A DNA stretch of 59,861 nt, filler included. It is 6 parts of 6 records of this genome, joined end to end, with 100 filler letters (N's around TTAATTAATTAA, not from the genome) between each part and the next. Parts side by side here need not be neighbours in the genome. Positions count along the whole stretch, not along the records: positions 30,372 to 45,343 come from SRR31156797_6762; 5 more parts are not named here. One strand, given 5' to 3'. The translations under genes were made by a program, and so were the position numbers. Numbering within the stretch: position 1 is the stretch's first letter; every line of letters starts with the position of its first letter. The notes under the pieces were generated by a model. The model worked only from the letters and a program-made list of their open reading frames with translations. It was not told the origin of the DNA and did no database searches. Positions 30,372 through 41,721 of the stretch are shown here, piece after piece.

Positions 30372-33257
30372 TTTAATAAAGTTTCTAAAGTCATCAATAG
30401 TTTGGGAAAGGTATTGGGCATTTTCATTGATCGAAGTACACATCGAATGAAACATCTTATCATCTAAAAGCCCATACTCTTTTTGCATCTGAAGACCAGT
30501 TGCAGCCGTTGATATGATAGAGAGTGGTTGTCTCCACTGGTGGGCGATATTTCCTATCATCTCTCCCATCGAGGCTAGTTTTGCTTGTGATTCAAGTTGT
30601 TTGAGTTGAGAGATATCAATAACACTTGAGATCCTAATATTTTTTGATCTAAATATATATCCTCTAATCAGAGTATGAAACTTCACACCATCTTTTTTTC
30701 GTAAAATCGCTTCATATGTTTTTGTGTCTTGAAGTTGAAATTTTCCTTTTATAAGCTCTTTTGATTCTTCAGCAACAAACTCTAAAAGGTTTTTTCCTAT
30801 CATCTCTTTTTTTGAACTATATCCAAAAAGATCAACAGCACTTTGATTTACATCGATACATTTTCCATGTTTGGATAAAAAGATCGCTTCCATAGTAGCA
30901 TCGATCAGTTCACTAGTCTCTTCTACAGACTTTTTTAACATATGTTGTTTATAGACAAAATACAAAATGATAATAAATACTCCAATAAGTATTTGCAATA
31001 TTGTAGTTTGATCAATAGTTTCTTCTGTAATAGTGGTTTGTATCCATTTATCATATATCTTTTTTCTCTCAAGATCAGTGATAGTATTAAAGGTTTTATT
31101 GATAATAGAAAGAAGGATTGGATTATCATTTTGGATGAGGTATTTGTGTTCAAATTGAAAATCAGTGGTTCCACTTACTTTTAGGTTTTCTAGATGAAGT
31201 TCTGATAGATAAAATAGTGAAGTTGCAATATGTCCCACAAAAGCATCAGCTTTTCCACTCTCAACTAATAATAAAGCATCTGGGATATTTGAAGTGGTGA
31301 TCAATTTTATTTTTGGATAGTTTTTCACTAAAAAGTTGTAGCTTGTATAGTATTTAGGTACAGCGATCGTTTTTCCATTCAAAGAGCTTAGATTATCTAA
31401 GAATTTGTATTTATCCCCAGTTACTATCACCATAGGGTAGTGGGCATACGTATCACTTGTCAGTCCAAGTTTAGTTTCTTGTGGACTTGTACCAATACCA
31501 GGAACAATATCTATTTTTTTATTTTGAAATTGTTCTAGAACATGAGGCCAGCTATTTGAGGGGACAAACCTAAACTCTATTCCTGTGCGACTGGAGACAA
31601 GATCAAGGTAATCTCCCATTATCCCATTCATTTTATTGTTACTAATTATTGAAAGTGGTTTCCAATTTACTTCACTATATGTTAAATAAGGGTTGCTTTT
31701 AAGAAACTCTTTTTCCTCATTTGTAAAAGATATATTTTGAAAATCCTGTTTTTCTTTTTTTTGCACATTATTTGATCTATCTTCAAATATCCACTTTTGT
31801 TTAAGCTCAGTGATCTTAGAATAGGGGATAGAATCAAGAGTTTTATTCATAATAGAAGCTAAAATAGGTTTGTCTTTAATGATTCCAAAACGTAAGTCTT
31901 CTGATTTTACTTTTGGATGTTCAAATAATCCTGCGAGCTTTATCCCTTTTAATAAAAGTCTTTCAACTCTATACATACTCAAAGCATTACTTAAAACAGC
32001 ATCAACTCTTTTATCGTTTAATGCATAGAATCTCTCATCTGAAGAATCTATTTCTACAATATCAAGTCCACTATTTTCTAAAATATTGATAAGATATGAG
32101 TTTTTTACAATACCTATTTTTTTATCTTTTAAGGATTCTATCCCAGAATATTCTCCAAAGTCATCCCGTGTAAAAACACCGATAGGTATCTCATAATATG
32201 GTTTTGTATAGCTGGTAAAAGCCACTCTTGGTTTTGTAAATGAGATCTCAGAAATTATATCTACTTCTTTATTTTTAAACTTTCCAAATACCTCTGGCCA
32301 TGTTCCATTTACTTTTTCAAATTGTAAACCACTTTTTTGAGAAATGATATCTAAAAGATCTTGTGTAAAGCCAATTTTTTTACCATCTTGTAGAAAGCTA
32401 AATGGTACAGATGAATTCACTGAGCCTATTTTTATTTTAGGGGTATTGTTGATAAAATATTTTTCTTCAAAAGTAAATTTTAGAGGGGTACTAGGGATCT
32501 GAGTACTTTGCAAAATCCATTTATTTGAAAGTTGTGTAAAGACACTACTTTCAATAGAGATGAGTGATTTTTCTATAATAGAGTGTAAAATAGGTTTATC
32601 TTTATTGATCCCAAAACGTAAATCCTCTTTTTTGATACTTGTAAGCTCATCAATAGGTTTGATAGTTGATAAAGATTGGCTGGTGATAGCTTTTATTCCA
32701 GAAGTATAAGAAGCTAAAAAATAATCGATCTCTCCTAGGGCTAAAGCTTTTGCTTTTGCTTTATTCCCTGTATACTCAATTGCTTGAATACCTTGTTTTT
32801 TAAGAGAATCAAGATAAAATATTTTTTTAGAAACCCCAACTTTTTTCCCTATTAAACTATCATTGTTTTTATAGTTAGTATTGTTTTTTGAACCAAAAAT
32901 AAAAGTGGGTATTTCATAATAAGGTGTGGTAAAAAGGGTAAAATCCTCTCTACTTTGTTTATACGATATTCCAGTGATCATATCTACTTTTTTATTTTTA
33001 AAATTATTAATAGCAGCTGACCACTTGGTGGTTTCTATATGAAATTGTAATCCACTTATATCTGATATTTTTTCTAAAAGATCTACGGTAAAACCTTGAT
33101 GGATTTTATGATCAGTATATGAAAATGGTTGAAAGTTATTAAGCATGGCTACTTTAATTGTTTGGTTGTTTTGAATCCATTGTTTCTCTTCTTTTGTAAA
33201 AAGATCATTTGCATAGATAATGGTTGATAGTAAAATGATATATAATATATTTTTCAT
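30372..33257 (-). CDS. BvgS/EvgS-like sensor histidine kinase with three periplasmic binding domains and PAS (3' truncated)
   Basis: Signal peptide from ATG 33257; three SBP_bac_3-like repeats (FT.EEK..I...P.I); TM; PAS; H-box MGEMIGNIAHQWRQPL. Confidence 0.9.
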
Positions 33258-33387
33258 TGTTTCCCTAAAGTTATAAATACGTATCAAATAGTATCATAAG
33301 TTTCATCAATAATAAAAATGTAATAAAAATGAAAATATTCTAATATCAATATATAAACTTATTAAAACTTTTGATACAATACTTGCT

Positions 33388-35415
33388 ATGTATACCAAAA
33401 ATAATATTTTTATCATTTTTATTTTTTTATCTTTAATTATATTTCAAGTGGTTTATTATATAACCAGTGAAAAAAATTATAAGATGATATATGAAGAGAT
33501 GCTCATCAATGATGCCCAAATATATTTTGAAAATATCATGTTAAAAAAAGCTCAAGGGATCAACCCTAAAACTACTCTTTCAAATAAAGAGATGGATGTG
33601 AAGTTTCAGCTGCTTCCTCAAGATCATGAGTATGTTGAAAAAGTGAAAAACTCTTCAAAAAAACATTTTTATTATATTGATGAAAAAAAGAGTATATTTT
33701 ATTATTATAATCTTTTACAAGTAAAACAAGTTTGTATTCAATGCCATGAGAACTATAAAGAAGGGGAGACAGCGGGAGTTGTGATGGTGTCTATTCCAAC
33801 TGAAAATTATTTTAAGGTGTATGAGGATATACATCAATCAAAATATATATATGTCTTACTCAATATCTTTTTTCTTCTTTTGATCATATCTTTGATCTTA
33901 TTGTTTTTTAAACGATCAAAGAAAAAACATTTGGAGCTTTTAAGAAGTCAAAGAAATTTGGAAAAAGCAGAAAAAATGGCAGGCCTTGGGCATTGGAGAA
34001 TAGATAATAGAACCTATGAAGTTAGTTTTTCTAAAAATATGTTAGAACTTGCTGGATTAGGTGATGAAAAAACAGTAGATATTGAATTTATTATGAATCA
34101 TATTGTTTATTCAAAAGATAAGATAAAAGTGATGAAATCTTTTAAAAACTCATTAAAGAGTATGAATGATATCCAAATAGAGTTTCGAATAGTAAATCAA
34201 GAAGATAGACGAAAAAGGCATGTAAATTGCCATATCACTCATATACGAGCTACTGGTAGTGAAGATGGTATTGTATCGATTGGAACGGTTCAAGATATTA
34301 CGCGGTTTATCACTTTAAGAGATAGACTTTCAATTTTAGAACAAGCTATTAATCAAGCACCAATCTCAATTGTAATAACTGATTTTAAAGCCAATATCGA
34401 ATATGTTAATCCTACCTTTACAAAAGTTACAGGGTATGAGCTGATGGAGGTAATAGGAAAAAATCCACGAATACTCAAATCAGAACATACAAAAAAAGAG
34501 GAATATAAAAACCTGTGGCAGACTATCTCCCATGGTGAAAACTGGAGTGGAACTTTAAAAAATATCAAAAAAAATGGTGAAGAGTTTTGGGAACTTGTAT
34601 TGATCTCCCCCGTATTTTCACTAAAAACTGATAAGATCATTAAGTATATTGCTATTAAAGAGGAGATAACTAGTACTATTTATATGCAGCAGAAGTTAAA
34701 ATACCAAGAGGAGCTGATGATCGTACAATCACGCCATGCTGCAATGGGGGAGATGATAAGTATGATCGCTCATCAATGGAGACAGCCTGCTACTGTGATA
34801 TCACTTTGTGCTAATAGTATCTTAACTGATATTATTTTAGAAGAGACCAATAAAGAATCACTTATTAGAAACTCCCAAGATATTATCGATCAGACAAAAT
34901 ATCTCTCTCAAACCATAGATGACTTTAGAGATTTTTTTAAACCAAATAAACAAAAGTCTCTTGTGTCTATCCAAGAGGTTATGGATGATGTGAAAAATAT
35001 GATGAAAGCAACGTTAGCAAATCATCATATAAAACTTCAAGAAACTTATAGCTCAAACACAAAGGTCAAAACATATGCGAAAGAGTTGATACAAGTATTG
35101 ATCAATATTTTAAAAAATGCACAAGAGATGTTAGCAGAAGAAAATAGTGATACAAAAATAATAAATATCCATGAATATATTAAGAACAATAATGTTATCT
35201 TACAAATATGCGATAATGCTGGTGGGATAGAACAAGAAAATATCCATAGAATCTTTGAGCCGTATTTTACTACAAAAGATGAAAAAAATGGGACAGGTCT
35301 TGGTCTTTATATTTCAAAAGTGATCGTTGAAAAGCACCTAAATGGGACTATAGAAGCTTTTAATAAAGACCAAGGTGCATGTTTTGAGATCACCTTACAT
35401 TGTGAAGAGGTATAA
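33388..35415 (+). CDS. Sensor histidine kinase with periplasmic CxxCH (heme c-like) domain and two PAS domains
   Basis: TM-VCIQCHEN-TM, PAS domains, AHQWRQP H-box, N/G boxes (DNAGGI, GTGLGLY). Confidence 0.9.
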   Translation: MYTKNNIFIIFIFLSLIIFQVVYYITSEKNYKMIYEEMLINDAQIYFENIMLKKAQGINPKTTLSNKEMDVKFQLLPQDHEYVEKVKNSSKKHFYYIDEKKSIFYYYNLLQVKQVCIQCHENYKEGETAGVVMVSIPTENYFKVYEDIHQSKYIYVLLNIFFLLLIISLILLFFKRSKKKHLELLRSQRNLEKAEKMAGLGHWRIDNRTYEVSFSKNMLELAGLGDEKTVDIEFIMNHIVYSKDKIKVMKSFKNSLKSMNDIQIEFRIVNQEDRRKRHVNCHITHIRATGSEDGIVSIGTVQDITRFITLRDRLSILEQAINQAPISIVITDFKANIEYVNPTFTKVTGYELMEVIGKNPRILKSEHTKKEEYKNLWQTISHGENWSGTLKNIKKNGEEFWELVLISPVFSLKTDKIIKYIAIKEEITSTIYMQQKLKYQEELMIVQSRHAAMGEMISMIAHQWRQPATVISLCANSILTDIILEETNKESLIRNSQDIIDQTKYLSQTIDDFRDFFKPNKQKSLVSIQEVMDDVKNMMKATLANHHIKLQETYSSNTKVKTYAKELIQVLINILKNAQEMLAEENSDTKIINIHEYIKNNNVILQICDNAGGIEQENIHRIFEPYFTTKDEKNGTGLGLYISKVIVEKHLNGTIEAFNKDQGACFEITLHCEEV

Positions 35416-35416
35416 C

Positions 35417-36553
35417 TTGGAAAATTTAGTTACATTAAAAAAGCTTGCTTGTGATTATAATGTTTTAGTGGTAGAAGATTGTAAACATGTCAATACTAAG
35501 CTAATAGAGTATCTAAATAAGTTTTTTTTAGAGATTGATAGTGCTAGTAATGGTTTGGAGGGCTTAGAGAAGTTTAATAATAAAAGATACGATATTATTA
35601 TAACAGATATCAATATGCCAAAACTTGATGGGACAAGTTTTATCGAACAACTTAACCAGATCGACCCAAATGTACAAGTGATAGTAGTCTCTGCTTTTGG
35701 AGATGAAGAAAATCTTCGAACCTTTAATAAATTTGGGATCGTAGAGTTTATACAAAAACCAATAGACAATTTAAAATTAGTTGATGCTCTTTTAGTATGT
35801 ATCGAAAATATTCAAACAATTATCAATAACTCTAATATCTCCTATACTTTAGATGAGAATGTATATGCAGAGTTAGCAAGTTATAAAGATACAGAAAAAA
35901 CAGTAGAGTTGATAAACTCTTATAAAGGGATGACTATTACCCAAGAGGGGTTTATAAAAGATCTGAATAGTAAAACGATCACTATTGAAACGACCAATAC
36001 TCAATATCATCTAATAAAAGGGGAAAAAAGAACTATCATAGTTATAGATAATATGGCGGTTCGAGCAAATTTGCAGTATGTGGATAAAGAGAAACATCAA
36101 TTGGTATTAAAAAAGTTTGAGACTTTAAGTAGAACACCAAAAGATAGAAAAGTATCTAGAGTGATCCCTGATAAAAACTTCACACTCTCTCGCTATTATA
36201 AAGGGGAAACCTTTGTATATGAAGCGCTCTCTTTATCCGTAAATTCAATCTCTGTAAAAACATCAAGTCTTGATAAAAGCTTTAGTGATAATTCCCATAC
36301 TGATCTAGTTTTAGGGTTTCAAGTGACCTATTCAAAACACTTTAAAGCCTCTCATGGTGAAAAGATATTAAAGCCAGTAAAGATTAGATCAAAATCTTTA
36401 ATCTATAAAATTGATAAAAGAATTGATAATAGTGTAAAAATAGTTTTTGTTCTTGATCTTACAGAAGAGGGGAAAAGACTTCTTGAACAGTATATCAATC
36501 AAAGAGAGATTGAAATATTAAATGAGTTACAGATACTAGCCGATATTCAATAA
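35417..36553 (+). CDS. Response regulator (REC) with C-terminal PilZ-like domain
   Basis: VLVVED, ITDINMPKLDG and FIQKP; R...RV motif and YINQREIEIL end; likely TTG start at 35417 after GAGG; PilZ-like call is tentative. Confidence 0.8.
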   Translation: MENLVTLKKLACDYNVLVVEDCKHVNTKLIEYLNKFFLEIDSASNGLEGLEKFNNKRYDIIITDINMPKLDGTSFIEQLNQIDPNVQVIVVSAFGDEENLRTFNKFGIVEFIQKPIDNLKLVDALLVCIENIQTIINNSNISYTLDENVYAELASYKDTEKTVELINSYKGMTITQEGFIKDLNSKTITIETTNTQYHLIKGEKRTIIVIDNMAVRANLQYVDKEKHQLVLKKFETLSRTPKDRKVSRVIPDKNFTLSRYYKGETFVYEALSLSVNSISVKTSSLDKSFSDNSHTDLVLGFQVTYSKHFKASHGEKILKPVKIRSKSLIYKIDKRIDNSVKIVFVLDLTEEGKRLLEQYINQREIEILNELQILADIQ

Positions 36554-36778
36554 TAAAAGATGAAAATCTTATTCTTGATAGAGTCTTTTTTAAATTACAC
36601 AATAATCTTATAAAAATCACACAAAAACTCCCTCTTTTTATCAAAAAAAATGAAATTCTTTACAATATAGCATTTTTTTAACATTTTTTTTCCGTATAAT
36701 GATTTTTATGTCTCTAAAAAAATGTTGCTTAAAAAAGCTAGAAGTAAATGTATAGATTTGCAATAAAGGAGAGTTATC

Positions 36779-36993
36779 ATGAATACAATTGTAAAAAACA
36801 TAGTAAAAAGTCTTGAAAAAAAACAAAAAGATTGCTGTTTTGAAGTTTTTACTTAGATAATAATCTTATTTTATTTGCAAATAAAGGAAATATAGAAACT
36901 ATACAACCAAAGCTTAATAAAAAGCTTTCTATGTATAATCTTGGCTTACGTAAGATAAATGATGCTACCTCACATATCATAAGAACTCTTTAA
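36779..36993 (+). pseudogene. Small ORF (~71 aa) apparently broken by a 1-nt frameshift
   Basis: AAAGGAGAG RBS + ATG; 25 codons to TAG; one extra T in the GTTTTTAC run gives an open frame to TAA at 36991-36993. Confidence 0.4.
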
Positions 36994-37096
36994 ATTAAGT
37001 TATTAGATACTATAATTTATACTAATAAAAGACTATAATAATTAATTATAATTAAATTGTAAATTTTTATAGTTTTATGAGGTTAGAGAAGAAGAA

Positions 37097-38329
37097 ATGT
37101 CAGTAGAACAAAGAGTGATAAATAGGGACTATATAAAAAGTAAGTCTCTTATATATATTGGTGATGATTCAGAACATAAAGAGTTGATCAATATATTTCA
37201 AAAAGCATTTAAACAATTTACTATAGCTTTAGATATGACTCATGTACAAGATGAGATTAAAAACTACGATATCGTGATTTGTTATGAAAACGATCACTCT
37301 TTATCCCATTTACAAACACTAAGAGAACTTGATGAAACAAAAAAGCCTTTTATTTTAATAGAGAATAAAGCGTGTAATCTTAATCCTAATATCTATATCC
37401 CCGATAGTCTTTCTCAGTATATAAAACTCTCTTCAAATTATACAGAAGTGATGTATATTATCCAGCATGAGCTTCAAAACTATGATAAACGTTTAGAAAA
37501 TATCTATCTTTTAGAAGAACATAAATCTTATCTAGAGATGCTTGAAAATACTGTGATCGTATCACGAACGGATCTTAAAGGAAATATTATCTATGCCAAT
37601 GATATTTTTTGTGATATCAGTAAATACTCAAAAGAGGAGTTACTAGGTTCCCAACATAGTATGTTACGTCATCCTGAGATGTCAACAAGTGTTTTTAAAG
37701 AGCTGTGGGGAACTATAAAAGAGGGAAAAATTTGGAAAGGTATTTTAAAAAACAAAGATAAAGATGGAGCTACTTATATTACAAACTCGACCATAGCTCC
37801 ATACTATTCAAAAGGGGAACAAGTTGGTTATATAGGGATTCGGTATCTTGTAACCAATGAGATGACAGAGAAAAGAAATCTCAAAAGTCACCTTACAAAA
37901 ACAATCATTGATCATAAAAATGCTTTAAAAGAAAAAGATCAAGAGATAAAAAGATTAGAACGCAAAAATGCAATGGCAGACGCGTATGAAGAAGCATGGC
38001 AAGCGGAAATTGCAAAAAAAGAGAAGCTTGAAAAACAGATCAAAACTTTTGAAGCAGAGATTAGAGCTGCTGCCCAACTGCATGATAAAAGGGTGGCTGA
38101 TTATTTAAAAGAGAGAAGAGAGTATGCAGAGACTTTACAAAGAAAAGATAGAAAGATAAGTTTACTTCAAGAAGAATTGGAAAGTACTAAGCAACAAAAT
38201 CTTGATTATGAAACTGCTATGGTTGAGAGTGGAAACCAAATCAAAGCGATGCATAAAAGGATAAAACAGCTAGAAGATGTGTTAGAACATCGTGAAGAGC
38301 AGTTAGAGAATATGAGAAAATCTTCTTAA
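37097..38329 (+). CDS. PAS-domain protein with degenerate REC-like N-terminus and long C-terminal coiled coil
   Basis: VSRTDLKGNIIYANDIFCDISKYSKEELLG.QHSMLRHP Aer-like PAS; E/K/Q-rich heptad C-terminus. Confidence 0.8.
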   Translation: MSVEQRVINRDYIKSKSLIYIGDDSEHKELINIFQKAFKQFTIALDMTHVQDEIKNYDIVICYENDHSLSHLQTLRELDETKKPFILIENKACNLNPNIYIPDSLSQYIKLSSNYTEVMYIIQHELQNYDKRLENIYLLEEHKSYLEMLENTVIVSRTDLKGNIIYANDIFCDISKYSKEELLGSQHSMLRHPEMSTSVFKELWGTIKEGKIWKGILKNKDKDGATYITNSTIAPYYSKGEQVGYIGIRYLVTNEMTEKRNLKSHLTKTIIDHKNALKEKDQEIKRLERKNAMADAYEEAWQAEIAKKEKLEKQIKTFEAEIRAAAQLHDKRVADYLKERREYAETLQRKDRKISLLQEELESTKQQNLDYETAMVESGNQIKAMHKRIKQLEDVLEHREEQLENMRKSS

Positions 38330-40488
38330 GCGTTTAAAAAGAGACTAAAAACCTCTCTCAGTTTATTTTTATTGATAGGTTTTGAGAGATATTCATCCAT
38401 TCCAGCTTCTAAAAACCTTTCTCTATCCCCTTTAAGAGCATTGGCTGTGAGCGCAATAATAGGAGTATGGGTGATATTATTTTCTTTTTCAAATTGAATT
38501 ATTTGTTTTGTTGCTTCTATCCCATTCATATTTGGCATATTCTCATCCATTAAAATAACATCATAAGTGTTTACTGTAAACATTTTGATCGCTTCTAGTC
38601 CATCATTTGCAATATCATATTGTAAATTTAACTTTTCTAGCAGTATTTTAGCAAACATTTGGTTTGCGGGATTATCTTCTACTAAAAGTACCTTTTGTCC
38701 ATTAAATTGATGCTCACTTTTTAAAATAGTAGGATGCTCTATAGCTACTTTTACTTTTTTCGTAGGAATAGAAAAAGTAAACTCACTCCCTTGCCCTAAA
38801 GTACTTTTTACACTAAGCTCTCCACCTAAAAGCTTAACAAGTTTATCACATATTGCTAAGCCTAAACCTGTACCACCATATTGCCTTGTAGTTGAGTTGT
38901 CTTCTTGTAAAAAAGCCTCAAAGATATGTTTTGTTTTCTCTTTTGCTATCCCTTTGCCTTCATCTTTTACAGTTACTACTAAATGATCATTTTTATAAGC
39001 AATATCTACAAAGATATTTTTATTCTCTTGTGTAAACTTTACAGCATTACTTAAAAGGTTTGAGATCACTTGTTTGATTCTATATGGATCACTATTGATT
39101 GCTGTAGGAAGAGTGTTATCTATATTAATGTGAAGAGATATCCCTTTTTGTGAACACCGTCCTCCAAAAAGATCAATGATATTTTTAAACTCATAGAGAG
39201 GATCAAAAGATATTTTTTCAATGATCAGCTTACCACTTTCTATTTTACTAAAATCTAAGATATCTTCTATGATCTGTAAAAGGGAATGGCTTGATTTATC
39301 TATAATATCAACATATTGAGCAGACTTTCGACCACGACTTTCTTCTTTTAAAATATCTACAAAACCTACAATAGCATTAAGTGGAGTTCGTATCTCATGG
39401 GACATGTTCGCTAGAAATTCTGATTTTGCTTTATTGGCATTTTCAGCTTTTATTTTAGCGATTTCTAGTTCTGATGTCCTATCACGTACAGTTTTTTCAA
39501 GGTTTACATTGATCTCTTGAAGTTGTTTTTCGAGTTCTTTTTGTTTTGTAATATCCTTTGAACTTACAAGAATTCTTTTTTTATCTTCCATAATACTAAT
39601 AGACATATTTACAGTGATCTTTTTATCATCTTTTATTTTACATGTTTTAATGAAGTTTTTAAGATGACCTTTTTGTTGAACTTCTATCAAAGCTTGTTTA
39701 CTTTTTTCCATATCTTCAGGAACACTGAGATTTAAACAACTTGTACGAAGAAGTTCCTCTTTTGTATATCCTGTCATCTCACAATAGGCTGGATTCACAT
39801 CTAAAAATGCTGTAGTTTCTATATCTAAAAGAGCAATACCATCTTTTGTAGTTCTATATATAGCTTCAAAAGTCTCTTTTTGTTTATTGATCTCTTTTGT
39901 TCTTTTTGCAATATTCTCTTCAAGTGTTTCTTTCTCTTTATGCCAAGCGTTGTAAAAGACAACATTGTTTAAAGTGTTTGACATCTGCACCATAAAGTTA
40001 CCCAAAGCCAGCATCAAATGGGAGTCTTGTAAAAGCCTTGAATACTTTGAAATATCACCAAGTCCGTTTCCTACTATGATCACTCCATATGGGATCTCAC
40101 TATCCCCTCCAAATAGTTCAAGATATGCTTCACTTAAAAAAAGAGATTTGAGTAATGATTGCACTTGTTCTTGTGGATTATCTTTGGTATGAATAATCGG
40201 TTTACCCTCTCTTCTAAGGTATTCTATCACTTCACCTGAGAGTAAGAGGTGTATTATATGTAAGATCTTTTCTTCCATAGGATTGTTATACCCTTTGGAC
40301 TTTACTACTTTAAACCACCCATTGCTATCATCATGTTCAAAAATAAGACACTTTTCAAAATTTAATTCATTTGTACTAAAATCACACGCAGTATCATAAA
40401 GATCTTCTATTGTTACACTCTCATTGATAGTCTTACCAATAGTGTAAAGCTTTTGATAAATCCTTGTGATCTGGTCATTTTGTTCCAT
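38326..40488 (-). CDS. Cytoplasmic hybrid histidine kinase (GAF-like/PAS/HisKA/HATPase/REC)
   Basis: FLANMSHEIRTPLN, NLLSNAVKFT, GGTGLGL, VLLVEDN, LMDENMP and YLSKP; no TM segment. Confidence 0.93.
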   Translation of the reverse strand: MEQNDQITRIYQKLYTIGKTINESVTIEDLYDTACDFSTNELNFEKCLIFEHDDSNGWFKVVKSKGYNNPMEEKILHIIHLLLSGEVIEYLRREGKPIIHTKDNPQEQVQSLLKSLFLSEAYLELFGGDSEIPYGVIIVGNGLGDISKYSRLLQDSHLMLALGNFMVQMSNTLNNVVFYNAWHKEKETLEENIAKRTKEINKQKETFEAIYRTTKDGIALLDIETTAFLDVNPAYCEMTGYTKEELLRTSCLNLSVPEDMEKSKQALIEVQQKGHLKNFIKTCKIKDDKKITVNMSISIMEDKKRILVSSKDITKQKELEKQLQEINVNLEKTVRDRTSELEIAKIKAENANKAKSEFLANMSHEIRTPLNAIVGFVDILKEESRGRKSAQYVDIIDKSSHSLLQIIEDILDFSKIESGKLIIEKISFDPLYEFKNIIDLFGGRCSQKGISLHINIDNTLPTAINSDPYRIKQVISNLLSNAVKFTQENKNIFVDIAYKNDHLVVTVKDEGKGIAKEKTKHIFEAFLQEDNSTTRQYGGTGLGLAICDKLVKLLGGELSVKSTLGQGSEFTFSIPTKKVKVAIEHPTILKSEHQFNGQKVLLVEDNPANQMFAKILLEKLNLQYDIANDGLEAIKMFTVNTYDVILMDENMPNMNGIEATKQIIQFEKENNITHTPIIALTANALKGDRERFLEAGMDEYLSKPINKNKLREVFSLFLNA

Positions 40489-40491
40489 GAT

Positions 40492-41721
40492 CTATAAATA
40501 AACCTTTACTTCTAGATAGTCATCTCCGCAAGCGATCGATTTAAGCATCTTCGTTTTATATCCAACTTTAGAGCGTCTCATATTTCTAAAGCCCTCTTCA
40601 GTTTCTATCTTTTCACCGTTGACAAGATCAGTATTGTAAATAAGTTGCATTAGCCCAGTAAAACCACCACTATTTGCCCAATGTACTGGATATGGAGATG
40701 TCCCATACATTCTTACATAACTTAAATCTTCAAACTCATTGTAGTTTCTAAAGATCGCTTTTTCTTGTGAAAGTTCAACTGCTGTATGGTATCCCCATCC
40801 CATTGTGTTGACTAAAGAGGCAAGAGCTTTGATCCAATCCTCTTTTGTCTTTAGATATGGTTTTACCACACTTTCCCACTCTTTTGAGGTCATGATTCCC
40901 CCATAAGTGAAAAAGCCACAAGCATGACCCGCTTCCATTAAAAGTTCTCCTGCTAAAGTGATCCCATACTCTCCAGCAACCTCTGTCATTTTATGGACAA
41001 ATTCAAATTGTAATCTATTGACATAATCACTTTGATTTCTTACAATATATACTCCAAAAGCAGGGATAAGACCCTCCTCATTTCCTATAAGTGTAGCGTG
41101 TGCTCCTAAAAAGGCATTGGTAATCACATCTTCATATTTCCAATCAACTTTGAGTTTTGGTACATCTTTAAATTGAGTTGGTTTTTTAGGAGGGTAAAGG
41201 TCAAAGTTTCTTTCTCCTATTTTTACCACATGGGTATTTGTCTCATCACCACAAGCAAAACAAGTGGTTTGAATCGCTTCAATATCTTCAAGTTTTTTAT
41301 TATATATAACCGCATAAGCTGCTGCTAAAAATCCACTTGTATAATAATCTACAGGTTTACTAGCTTTGCCAAACTTTATCAGCCAGGTTTTTGAAAAAAA
41401 CGATTTATTACTTGTAAGTACGCATCCATTTTCATCCATAGAATCTAAATTGATCAATCCATATCCAAAACATTTATAGATATCTTCAGCCATTTTTTTA
41501 GATTCTTTAGTATCTAGACCTTTACATAGGTTTGTTAGTTGGTAATAGATTGAATCAGCGGCACTTCCTATAAGAAATCGACTGCTATCAATATATTCAG
41601 CATCTAATATGGTTCGTTGTAGATTTAAAATATAATGGTGACAGTGAAAAATCATCGCTTCTCCACCTATCTCTAAATAGTTGTGCTCTAAGTCAAAAGG
41701 ATAATCATTGATATTAAACAT
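40492..41721 (-). CDS. Tandem V4R-like ligand-binding protein
   Basis: Two repeats with FGYG/MGWG, SGFLAA/SGGFTG and CFACGD/SIACGD ends; N-terminal FHCHHY motif. Confidence 0.65.
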   Translation of the reverse strand: MFNINDYPFDLEHNYLEIGGEAMIFHCHHYILNLQRTILDAEYIDSSRFLIGSAADSIYYQLTNLCKGLDTKESKKMAEDIYKCFGYGLINLDSMDENGCVLTSNKSFFSKTWLIKFGKASKPVDYYTSGFLAAAYAVIYNKKLEDIEAIQTTCFACGDETNTHVVKIGERNFDLYPPKKPTQFKDVPKLKVDWKYEDVITNAFLGAHATLIGNEEGLIPAFGVYIVRNQSDYVNRLQFEFVHKMTEVAGEYGITLAGELLMEAGHACGFFTYGGIMTSKEWESVVKPYLKTKEDWIKALASLVNTMGWGYHTAVELSQEKAIFRNYNEFEDLSYVRMYGTSPYPVHWANSGGFTGLMQLIYNTDLVNGEKIETEEGFRNMRRSKVGYKTKMLKSIACGDDYLEVKVYL

